DNA from: Zygophlyctis sp. KS116
Lineage: Eukaryota; Fungi; Chytridiomycota
Direction of reading: 5' to 3'
Assembly: GCA_054661495.1 (NCBI GenBank)
Contig: BAAFSQ010000098.1
Coordinates: forward strand, 1 to 32,000
Length of the DNA stretch: 32,000 bases
The position numbers and the translations under genes are program-made. This document shows positions 11,645 through 21,271 of the stretch, one piece after another. The notes under the pieces are model-generated. The model did no database searches and was not told where the DNA came from. It saw only the letters and a list, made by a program, of their open reading frames with translations. Each line of letters begins with the position of its first letter. Position 1 is the first letter of the stretch.

Positions 11645-12307
11645 TTATGAGCTCCTGATTGCCCTAAAAGGTTCTTTCTTTAACTGAGATTGATTTGGGA
11701 TGTTGGCATTTGTACTTGTCCTCATTGATTCTGCTGATGTTTTATTCTTGATATTGCTGTGTGTATTTGCAATATTGCGCTGAGACTTTACGACTGGTTT
11801 TGATACTTGCTGTGGAGCTTTATCAGCCACTCTAGCCTTTTTATTTGATGCTTGCTGTGGAGCTTTATCAGCCACTCTAGCCTTTTTATTTGATACTTGA
11901 GTTATTTCTGGCGGTGCAGCTTCTTTTTTAGAGACTGGTCTAGATGCTACTGGAGGAGATGGAGGAACCACAGCTGCTTCTGTTTGAATTTTATTTGCTG
12001 GAAGAGCATTCAGAGATCCAGTATTTCCAAAAGGCAGACTTGACTTTTGATTGCTGTCTGGGTTTCCTGTTGGACTTTGACTGAAAACTGGCTGATCCTT
12101 CCCATTAATAAGATCATTAAAATCCTTTCTTAAATCATGGAGTATATCAATTGGATCAAGAGATTTAATGTTTATAAGTGCCACATATTTTTCTGATGGA
12201 GGCCATGATCCATAAGAAGACCATTTAGAGACTTTAATAAGTTTTTGTTGAGCAAAGACAGTTAGCAATTGATTTAATAAAAGAATGAAAAGTCTGATGC
12301 TCTTCAT
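11645..12307 (-). CDS. Putative secreted protein with low-complexity/tandem-repeat region
   Basis: ATG 12307 gives a signal-peptide-like 'MKSIRLFILLLNQLLTVFA'. P/S/K/Q-rich middle with a 15-aa repeat. Confidence 0.6.
   Translation of the reverse strand: MKSIRLFILLLNQLLTVFAQQKLIKVSKWSSYGSWPPSEKYVALINIKSLDPIDILHDLRKDFNDLINGKDQPVFSQSPTGNPDSNQKSSLPFGNTGSLNALPANKIQTEAAVVPPSPPVASRPVSKKEAAPPEITQVSNKKARVADKAPQQASNKKARVADKAPQQVSKPVVKSQRNIANTHSNIKNKTSAESMRTSTNANIPNQSQLKKEPFRAIRSS
11799..11899. repeat. 45-bp coding tandem repeat (~2.2 copies)
   Basis: 'cttgctgtggagctttatcagccactctagcctttttatttgat' starts at 11806 and again at 11851. Encodes SNKKARVADKAPQQ(A/V) twice. Confidence 0.95.
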
Positions 12308-12518
12308 GAGATTTATTGATTGCAAAAGACGGCAGGTGAGTGGCCACTTGGATCTTGTGATTTCATCCTGACTATATCCGATCAGATCAGTTCAATATAT
12401 TCTATGATTTTATAGAAACATTCTTTTGATTTTCATGTAAACTCAAAGACATTTGAAACACAACGGAGAAAACGGCAAAATTGTAGGAGATAGGCCCCTG
12501 ATTGTTTATTTTTTACCA

Positions 12519-14848
12519 ATGACTGAGAAGCTAAAGTATAAAAGAGTTTTGGGAGAATGGGTACTGGGAAAGACTCTAGGACAGGGATCAATGGGGAAAG
12601 TGAAACTTGCTTTTAATGCAAAATCTAGAGAAAAGGTATTGAAGATTGCTTAATGCATAGCTGGCTTGTAAGATCATACATCGTCCGGCAGATTCTCCAG
12701 ATCTACCGAATGGAGTGAAAATGATTGGTCCGATCACAGAAGTAAAGGATCTTGTGTTATCCGGTCAAGTTAAAAAATCTATAGGAATTAAAAAGGATGC
12801 ATTTGATAATTCTAGGCTATTAAGAGAAATCGGAGTTTCTCTTCTTTTAGATCATGACAATATAGTAAAACTAAAGTTTATATATATGGATGCAGAAAAT
12901 TATTATCTATTTTTTCAGTGTGTAGAAGGCGGTCAATTGTTGGATTTTATTATTTCTCATGGAATGCTAAATGAAAAACTATCTAGAAAGTTTTTAAGGC
13001 AGATTTTAGGAGCAGTAGATTACTGTCATTCAAATTCAATAGTTCATAGGGATCTAAAAATCGAAAATATTTTAATCGATAAAAAGGGTACAATTCAATT
13101 AATTGATTTTGGATTGGCTAATTTTATTGATCCTTATAGTCATTTAGCTACTTTTTGTGGATCATTGTATTTTGCGGCACCAGAGGTTTTGGGAGCTAAA
13201 AAGTATATAGGACCAGAAGTTGATATGTGGAGTATTGGAGTTATACTATATGTTTTAGTTACTGGAAAAGTTCCTTTTGATGATATGACTCTTCCGGCTC
13301 TGCATAAAAGGATCAAATCTGGTATTTATGATCCCCCAGCAGGAGTGACTCCAGAATGTTTTGACTTGATCTCAAAATTATTAGTCGTTGATCCAAAGAA
13401 ACGAGCCTCAATGGAAGAAGTAAAAAGGCATCCTTGGGTTATGAAATATCACGAGGAACTTCCCGGAGGTAATAATACTAATTATCCTATTGTAAAACTT
13501 CCTTTAAATTCTAAAGTAGTCAAAAGGATGCAAGGTTTGGGCTTTGGAACTGAATCTGAAATAACAAAATATTTAGACACTTATCTAAAAGACAATAGAT
13601 CTCAAGGTGTTCAGAAATGGTCTATTGGCGGAAGATGTATAATTTGTCCTGAATCGCCCATGTTTAGCATTTATAAGCTTACACTTAACAAGTATGAAAA
13701 ATCAAAAAAGAATCTGAAACCCGATATAATAAGTAAAAATCGTCAAATATCTTCTACTCTCAATGATAAGGATAATCATAGGAAATCTATTTGGAATATT
13801 TTCAACAAGAACAACTTTGATTCTGATGACACAATTAATATTCCAGATACTTCCAATACTGAAGAAAAAGAGAATGGAACTATAAAGCGCCACATTTCTT
13901 CGAAAATAATATCCAAAATGATGTTCACTCGTTCGAAACGGGATAAAAATGATACGGCCATTCATATATCTCCTGAAGGTAGGAGGAGTGAAAGTGGTGA
14001 CTTTGCACGACCAAGTGTAGATATTTCAAAGGAGATGACCTTTTCACGAAATAGTTCAAAAACTTCCAAAAAAAGTTTGGATATATCCAGGGAAAGTATA
14101 GATATTACTCGACCTTCAGAAGATGGTAATAGGATTTCTTCAAAATCATTGGATCTTAGAAGAGATACTTCTAGTAGATATTCAGAATCAGGCTTCTTTG
14201 GAACATTGAAATTCGGCAAGATTTGGTCAAGAACGCAAATGGATTTGAAGAACTCTAAAACCGAGTCTCGAAGAGGATCTAGGCTATTTTCTCCATCTAT
14301 GGCTGCCATCAAGACGTTTTCATCTAGAATATTCTCTAAAAAAGAAGTAAGTGCACCTTCTCAAAATATCGCCGGAGCTGCGACTTTGGACATAAAAACA
14401 TCATACTTAAGCGGTATATTTACCATCAGAAATACGACCAGTCTACCTGTCATTACTATTCGCCAAGAATTGATCAAGGCTTTTTCCAGAGTGCCAAATT
14501 TAGAAATAATCGAGCAGAAAGGATACTTTTTTTGCAAATATTATGATACCGCACCAATAGCTTTTGTGGAACAAAAAGGATTTTTCTTTAGTCTGGGAAG
14601 AAAGGGAAAAAATCATATGGTTGAGCCAATGCAAAAGAAACAAGATAGTATGATGAAACATGCTGAATTAACTACTTCAAAGCCCAAAGCTCAGTTTGAA
14701 GTATTTATACGTAAGATTCCCTTTTCTTCAATGCATGGTATACAATTCAATAAAATATCGGGCGATGCCTATAAGGTAACTTTATTAGAATATTAACTTC
14801 AAGTACAAGAAGGTATGTGCTCAAGTTCTTTCTATGGCATCTCTGTGA
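12519..14848 (+). CDS. KIN1: Kin1/Par-1/MARK family Ser/Thr kinase with C-terminal KA1 domain
   Basis: 'GKTLGQGSMGKVK', 'HRDLKIEN', 'DFG', 'TFCGSLYFAAPE' and 'YIGPEVDMWS'. KA1 end 'GIQFNKISGDAYKYKKVC'. Introns at 12636-12660 and 14776-14803. Confidence 0.9.
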
Positions 14849-14913
14849 TAACTTTTTTACATTAGATTTAAATAACCCTAAAAAAGTAATATTAATACTA
14901 TATTTGATTATTT

Positions 14914-17900
14914 TTAATCTTTCAGTTTAAGAAAGTTCATTTTGGCAGCAAGTAATGTAGAAATCTCAGCCTCGAAACCTTTTATCTAGTGATATGAACC
15001 AAAGCTTCAATAATTACCTTTGTTTCATTAGCTTCCCTTATTTTCAGAGGTGTCTTCTCATAACCTTCAGATTCCTTTTTCTTCACTAATGTATCGAGAT
15101 TTGATTGAATACTTTCAATTTTGTTGTCAATTTTCTTAACTTCTTCATCAAAGTTGATCATCCCTCGGACAAGCAAATAAACATTACAGTCTTCTGAAAT
15201 ATTATACGGTGCGCAGCCATCTGGGGCCGAGGCGCCCTTCTTAACAGCATAAACATTATCACACCCCTTAATCATGGATGTAATAACCGACAAGTGTGAT
15301 CCAACCAAGCTAATAAAATGATCATTTATCGAATCAACATATACTATATTTCATTAGAATATAACTTAAAATACCTGTTGCTCCTTTCTTAATACCATAA
15401 TCTGAAATTAGAGATCGTGAGGCGTGGATCACTTTATTGAGCATTTCAAATTGCTCTACGGCTCCTGTATTGTTCCATTCAATATTCTTTTCCATATTAA
15501 TAGAAAAAAATTACCTCCATTGGGAAATCTGAGATCATGATAGATTCGCCTCGAAAAGTAGAATCAGGGTGTCTTGGTAATCTTTGATATAATTCTTCCG
15601 TAACAAAAGGCATAAATGGATGCATAAGTTTCAGGCCATATTCAAGGCATGTATAAAGAGTTTCTTGAGTAGCAGCCTTAGCTCTTAAGTCATCGCCGTC
15701 CAAGATGGGTTTACATATTTCCTAGGAAAATTAAAAGAAAAGATTGAATACCACATAAACATCACATAGATCATAGAGCCAGAATTGATGAATGGCAGAG
15801 GTGGCTTGCATAAAATTCATCTGTTCCAAATTCGAGTCAATATCTTTTATGGTAGAATTAAGTTTATGCAATATCCACAAATCCATTATTGATTCTCTTC
15901 CCGAAAACTAAACATTTGAGCCAAATTTAAATATCTTACTTCAAAGGATTTTTTAGGCTTATAATCGTCCCCTAGTTTCAATAAAGCAAACCGCGTAGCA
16001 TTCCAAAGTTTGTTGCAGAACTTTCGGTAGCCATCAACGCGCAGAATGTCCAAATTAATGTCCCTTCCTGACGACGTATATGCTAGCAAGGTGAACCTAA
16101 GAGCGTCTGCACCACATTCAGGAATTCCATTTGGAAAATCCTGTTTTTGTCCTTGTTGAGCCTTTTTAACCTCACGAGGATCAAGATTTCCAATTAGCAG
16201 TCGCGCTTGCAATTCTTCCAGACTTATTCCACTAATTACATCTAATGGATCTATGACATTTCCAAGAGATTTAGACATTTTCCTTCCATGAGCATCTCGA
16301 ACCATGGCGTGGCAAAATACATTTGAAAAAGGTATCTTTCCGGTCAATTTAAGTCCTAACATGACCATGCGAGCTACCCAAAAGAATAAAATATCCCAAC
16401 CAGTCTCCAAAAGGGTATTGGGATAGAAATGATCAAAATCTGGTGTCTTTTCAGGCCATCCCATAATTGAAAAAGGCCACAAGCCTGAAGAAAACCAGGT
16501 GTCTAAAACATCTTCGTCTTGATGGAGAGTTATGCTACTTTTACCCACCCCAGGAAACCTCTTGAGTGCTTTATCTAAGGCCTCGCTTTCTGATCTACCT
16601 GAAACCCAACAACTCTCATCATCTCTTGAATTAGAAAGGCCTGAAACTTCAACAAAGTATGCGGGAATTCGATGTCCCCACCACAATTGGCGTGAAATGC
16701 ACCAGTCTTGAATATTTTCAAGCCATCTAAACCATTCATTTTCTGAAGTCTGTGGAGAGATTTTCAATTCACCTGAACGAACGGCCTCCATTGCGGGGAT
16801 TGCCAAGTTGGAACAGTCTACCCACCATTGAGGCTTCATCAAAGGTTCAACTATATTTCCTGATCTTCCACATATAGGGATTACCATCTTATTATCTTCA
16901 GTCTTAATATAAAGACCTTTTTCTTTTAGTGCTTCTAAAATCGCAACACGAGCATCAAAGCGCTGCAACCCCTTAAAAGAGCCTCCATTTTCATTTATCT
17001 TTCCTTCATCAGTGAAAATATTAATAAACTCCAACTTATTTCTCTGTCCAACTTTGTAATCATTAAAATCATGAGCAGGTGTAATTTTGACAGCACCACT
17101 TCCAAATTCAGGATCTGGATATTCATCAGCAATAATGGGTACTCTTCTTTCCAAGAAAGGATGAATAGCCAATTTACCATGTAGATGCTATAAATTAAAA
17201 AACTTTTAAATCCATACCTTGTATCTATTATCTGACGGATGAACGGCAATAGCTGTATCCCCCAACATAGTCTCTAAACGAGTCGTAGCAACAATAATTC
17301 TTTCATCTAAAATAAATCTACTAATATGTATACCTGAATTTTCAATTTCATAGGCAAATGAAATCAAAACTCCAAACTCATATTTTTTCTTTGGATCATG
17401 ATCTGGTACTGCCATTAATGTTCTACCTTCCAACTCCTTATTTTCAACTTCCAAATTAGACAGCGCAGTTTTTAACTTGGTGCACCAATTAACCAATCTA
17501 TTCGCCCTATAAATAACTTTTTCCTCGTGAAGACGAACAAAAGCCTCTGTTACAGCTTTACTTAGAGATGGATCCATTGTAAACTTTGCTCTTGACCAAT
17601 CTGTGGAAGATCCTAATTTTTTCAATTGATTATAAATCCTTTCAACATAACTAAAATTAAAAGGATAAAAAATTACATATCTTTCCAGTCCATAACTTCA
17701 TGAATAAATGCTGATCGACCTAGTTCATGCCTTGTGATCCCTTTTTCCTTCATAAGCTTTTTTTCAACAACAACTTGTGTAGCTATACCTGCATGATCGC
17801 ATCCAGGATTATACAAGACAGTTTTTCCCTTCATTCTATTCCATCTAATAAGACAATCCTGAATAGAATTAGTCAATGCATGACCTAGATGTAGAGAACC

Positions 17901-18254
17901 GGTTACATTTGGCGGAGGAATAGGAATCACAAAAGTTCCTTTTTCACTTGGTTTCCCATTTGGCAACCAAGGCTCAAAATAAGCCTCCTTTTCCCACCAT
18001 GAATACCATGATGATTCAACTTGCCTCGGTTTATAACCAGTAGCCATTACATCGGACAAATCCTTTTTGTTTCCGGGAACTGTCCGATCGACCCATTCTT
18101 CCTCTTTTGGTTGCGAACTGACCGACTCTTCCTTTTTAACAGACTTTTGACCGATTTTAGCCTTTTCTTCTGCCAACTTTGCCATCTTTGCCAAATACTT
18201 TTTATTCTTGGCTTCATTCTTTAGAGAATTCTTTGATTTGGCAGCTTCACTCAT
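14914..18254 (-). CDS. VAS1: Valyl-tRNA synthetase (9 exons)
   Basis: '[13 protein letters not shown]', 'DHAGIATQ', '[10 protein letters not shown]', '[12 protein letters not shown]' and 'KMSKS'. Introns at 17651-17676, 17307-17333, 17188-17217, 15908-15939, 15722-15751, 15487-15514, 15344-15374 and 14986-15017. Confidence 0.97.
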
Positions 18255-18463
18255 TGATCTCTTTAAACACTGGCCTAGTATTTTTTTCACCTTGTGCCTC
18301 AGTAGGGAATGTAAATTTGACAATGATTCTATTAAAAAATATCTACTTGGTATCTAAATTTAATCTACAAACTACTTCTAATTGACGGTCTTGGAGGCGC
18401 AGAAACAAGATCTGATAGATCCAAGTGCTCAGCATGGCGTTAAAATCTATTTTTAGAATGGGC

Positions 18464-18471
18464 TATAAATA
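18464..18471 (+). promoter_or_regulatory. TATA box of small secreted protein gene
   Basis: TATAAATA ending 34 nt before ATG 18506. Duplicated at 21481-21488. Confidence 0.45.
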
Positions 18472-18505
18472 GGTGGTTGCCGTAAAAGAAGGCATTTAAA
18501 AAAGT

Positions 18506-18905
18506 ATGCTATCAATTACATTCAAAAACACTATCTTACTCATGACAGTTGCTCTCTCTGCATTGATCACTAACGTTGATGCAGTGGCCAACTGTAACAC
18601 TGCGTCGAACCAATGCTGTTGGGTACGTCAAGTTCGGACAGAACTGGGAGGGAATGAAAACAGTATTGCCAAATTCAATTGTTGTGGTAAAAAGGGAGTT
18701 CGTTGCGGCTCAGGAAATGTCACAGAACTAGACTGGAGAAGTCATGGACTTGATCCCACAAAAATTCCTACTCAAAGAGCGTTACTGAATTTGCCCGGAC
18801 TTAAAGAAATGTAATATTTACTTTTAATTAATCATCAGAAAACTTGGAGCGATTTGCACAGATCAGAGTCTTCCTGGTGGAAGAAGTTGGTTATACTGCT
18901 CTTGA
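18506..18905 (+). CDS. Small secreted Cys-rich protein with LRR N-cap-like motif, copy 1
   Basis: Hydrophobic signal peptide. 'CC..KGVRC.SGNVTELDW...LLNLPGLKEI' resembles an LRRNT cap plus one LRR. Intron 18811-18838 (28 nt) adds KLGAICTDQSLPGGRSWLYCS*, giving ~123 aa with 8 Cys. Confidence 0.8.
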
Positions 18906-19038
18906 GCACTGCATCATATGTCGCTAAACCAAAAAATGTTAACGAATGAAGCACCAACAATTGTACTTTTAGTGCTGTATTCAAAATAAGAAATGGTTTA
19001 TGACAAAAACTGAGTCTTTATTATTCACAATGAGCTAA

Positions 19039-19171
19039 TCATCTACTCAAATCATTCATTTTCCGATTTAATTTGCTGATTCTATCCCTATTTTCATCAG
19101 CACGATCTTGTACTCTGTCCAATTGATGTCGTTGATTTTCTAATTCGTTATTCATTGATGCTCCCATCATT
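19039..19171 (-). pseudogene. 3' fragment of Sec9/SNAP-25 created by the duplication
   Basis: Identical to the last ~44 codons of 22056-22844. Truncated at the repeat boundary. Confidence 0.9.
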
Positions 19172-19576
19172 TTTACACAAGCATAGTTTTTCTCTACAAG
19201 TCTATAAGAGGGTGTCAAGTGTGAAATATTTTCCGACATACCAAAGCAGATTACTCTGGTAAATCATCTTTTACCAGAGATTCCGCAGAACTTGGATCAG
19301 ATTTCAAGAAGAGCCTCAGAGCCTCTCTTCGTCAACTAAAAATTTAAACATTCTAATCTGTCCATTGCCAAACAATCAATGCTTCTAATCATAAGTGTGA
19401 AACATGAATTTCACTAGCGGCAGCTAAATCGAATCATAGTCTTTTCATGAATCCTGAAGCTCTGAATTTATCATCACAAATTAAATATAGCTTTCTTATC
19501 GAAGCAGTTTGACGTTAATTTATGGCAGCCAAATAGCATGCTGAAGGTAACCAAAAAATTTCTTTCTTGAAACAAA

Positions 19577-20530
19577 ATGCCAAAGCGATTCCTCAATGTC
19601 GAATACTCTGGAAGTAAAACCAGTATATATGTCACTGACTTTGAAGACCTGAGTGAAGTACAGATAGCTGTCAAGGAAGCATTTTCTATTGATGTCGGTT
19701 TTGGTCTTATTCGACTCTACGACCTCCAAGGCCAGCTCATCACAGACTTGGACGACATCCCCAAAGACTATTACAAGAAGCTGAAGGATGGCGGTCTCTT
19801 TCTTGCTGTTCATTGTCCAAAACAAGAAACTGTGTCTGGTTCTTGTCCACCTAAACGAGCAAGGTCGGCTAGTAGTCTCGCAAGCAGAGCCAGCAATTGC
19901 ACAGAATTGAATCAGGATTCTTTCATAGACAGAATTTTGGATAGAGATACCAATGGATGTGTTTTGACAGGAAAAGATGAACTGGATTGCCAGGCCTGTC
20001 ATATTGTTCCTTGGGTTTACTTTCAAAAATATGATTTGGTGGGGCAAGAAATCTGGAACAGTCTATTTCCTTTCAGTTGCTTCAACCCGGTTCATCAAGT
20101 GATGGATGTACGTAATGGTATATTGATGTGGGGCCCCCTTAATGCTCAGTTTGACAAATTCGCTTTTACTATCATTAAAAAGGGCAGTGTTTACGAAGTT
20201 GAAGCTCTTCATGAAGATGAAATGGAAACTCCAAAAAAAATCACGGCTAAGAAGATTCAAATTACGGTGGCTAAATTGGATGGGAAGCAGTTCAAGTTTG
20301 ATGATGACAAAAAGGATATCTGGCCAGGGGAGAAATTTCTTCAACTGCACAACCGAATCTTCCACAAAAAACGAGAAGCGAATAGACTTAGCGCTTCGGC
20401 GGAAGTTAAAGAAATGACGGAGGAGGATTCAGCTCAAACAATAACTGATGAACGAGAAGAGAGTATCATAAAGGTCAAAAATTGGGATGCTCTGTATAGT
20501 GCACAAACTCATTATGTCAATAATACCTAG
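19577..20530 (+). CDS. Crinkler (CR)-like protein: ubiquitin-like header plus HNH endonuclease domain
   Basis: Intronless 317 aa. HNH_2-like core 'RDTNGCVLTG...QACHIVP...DVRNGILMWGPLNAQFD' and 'WPGEKFLQLHN'. The ~80-aa N-terminus has a beta-grasp-like pattern ending 'LFLAVHCP', followed by NLS-like 'PPKRAR'. The header assignment is less certain than the HNH. Confidence 0.8.
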   Translation: MPKRFLNVEYSGSKTSIYVTDFEDLSEVQIAVKEAFSIDVGFGLIRLYDLQGQLITDLDDIPKDYYKKLKDGGLFLAVHCPKQETVSGSCPPKRARSASSLASRASNCTELNQDSFIDRILDRDTNGCVLTGKDELDCQACHIVPWVYFQKYDLVGQEIWNSLFPFSCFNPVHQVMDVRNGILMWGPLNAQFDKFAFTIIKKGSVYEVEALHEDEMETPKKITAKKIQITVAKLDGKQFKFDDDKKDIWPGEKFLQLHNRIFHKKREANRLSASAEVKEMTEEDSAQTITDEREESIIKVKNWDALYSAQTHYVNNT

Positions 20531-20838
20531 ATTTACCGTATTATTTTTGACAGATTATCCAAAATATCCGCTTAACGATACAAAGAGATGTGTCATTCAA
20601 TTGGATTGTTTTTGTGAGTCTGGCACTGAGAGCTGCCTTTAATATTAGGCAATTAGATCCTGATAAGATTCTAAAAGCTAAAATCAGATTCTAATTAGAT
20701 ACTAAATGCCAAACGTTTTTGTTGAGAATAGAGAATCAAACGTCTCCGTGCTGATCAGGTTTTGTAGCGTAAGTGATAGATTCTGTCAGTTTATATTTTT
20801 AGATGATTGATCGCAAAATATATATTAGTAATGTTAAA

Positions 20839-21185
20839 TTCGGTGAGAAAAAAAGTACTATTGATATTATTTCATGTTTTGGCTCATGGAATTAAATGAC
20901 TAGACTGGCTCGGCATATCTTGATTGGAAAGGTAACACTAAAAGCCCAGAAAAGTGCCCGCAAACCATTGCCACAATAATCCGCTATCTTGAGACGATCA
21001 CAATTAATTTTAGTGTTACGGTGACTGGATCACAGAATTGAAAGAGGGGAACGAAGATAATTAACTTGGCGCAAATGATTTCCTTGAATGGAAGTTCTCA
21101 TAAACCCAACAACTTGACGGAGAAAGCACCCCACAATTGTGCTTTTAGTACAGAATTCAAAATAAAAATGGTTTATGACAAAAAC
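20839..21185 (+). pseudogene. Decayed paralog of the small Cys-rich secreted gene, including its 3' flank
   Basis: Frame-broken segments 'FGEKKSTIDIISC' / 'HGIK*' / 'AYLDWKGNTKSPEKCP' are colinear with 'LGGNENSIAKFNCC' / 'KGVRC' / 'TELDWRSHGLDPTKIP'. 21101-21185 aligns closely with 18925-19010. Confidence 0.6.
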
Positions 21186-21271
21186 CCTGCCATCTTTGCC
21201 ATCTTTGCCAAATACTTTTTATTCTTGGCTTCATTCTTTAGAGAATTCTTTGATTTGGCAGCTTCACTCAT
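21173..21271 (-). pseudogene. 5' fragment of ValRS created by the duplication
   Basis: [28 protein letters not shown], then runs into cassette sequence as GFLS*. Confidence 0.85.

Larger units (their letters stand above)
18170..19171 (+). repeat. ~1.0-kb direct repeat, copy 1
   Basis: Matches 21187-22188 at a constant offset of 3017. The only difference I saw is 18176 a vs 21193 t. Identical ORFs at 18506 and 21523. Confidence 0.97.
19172..21186 (+). mobile_element. 2015-bp inserted cassette (HNH/Crinkler-like gene plus decayed secreted-gene paralog) between 1-kb direct repeats
   Basis: Unique sequence lying precisely between the two repeat copies and interrupting Sec9- and ValRS-derived sequence. 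No TIRs, transposase or RT seen, so mobility is inferred. Confidence 0.55.

Noticed and set aside
11799-11899. CRISPR-like repeat
   Set aside because: Head-to-tail 45-bp coding repeat with no spacers, in a eukaryotic gene.
13702-14312. Minus-strand ORFs within Kin1, and similar shadow ORFs in KAP3, ValRS, TTLL and the PAS gene
   Set aside because: They are antisense to well-supported CDSs and show no motifs.
19520-20417. Antisense and alternate-frame ORFs (175, 100, 91 aa) over the HNH gene as an antitoxin or immunity gene
   Set aside because: They fully overlap a motif-bearing CDS and have no recognisable features, so they are best explained as shadow ORFs. Not excluded without expression data.
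19172-21186. Helitron or TIR DNA transposon
   Set aside because: No convincing terminal inverted repeats, the hairpin is not followed by a CTRR terminus, and there is no Rep/helicase.
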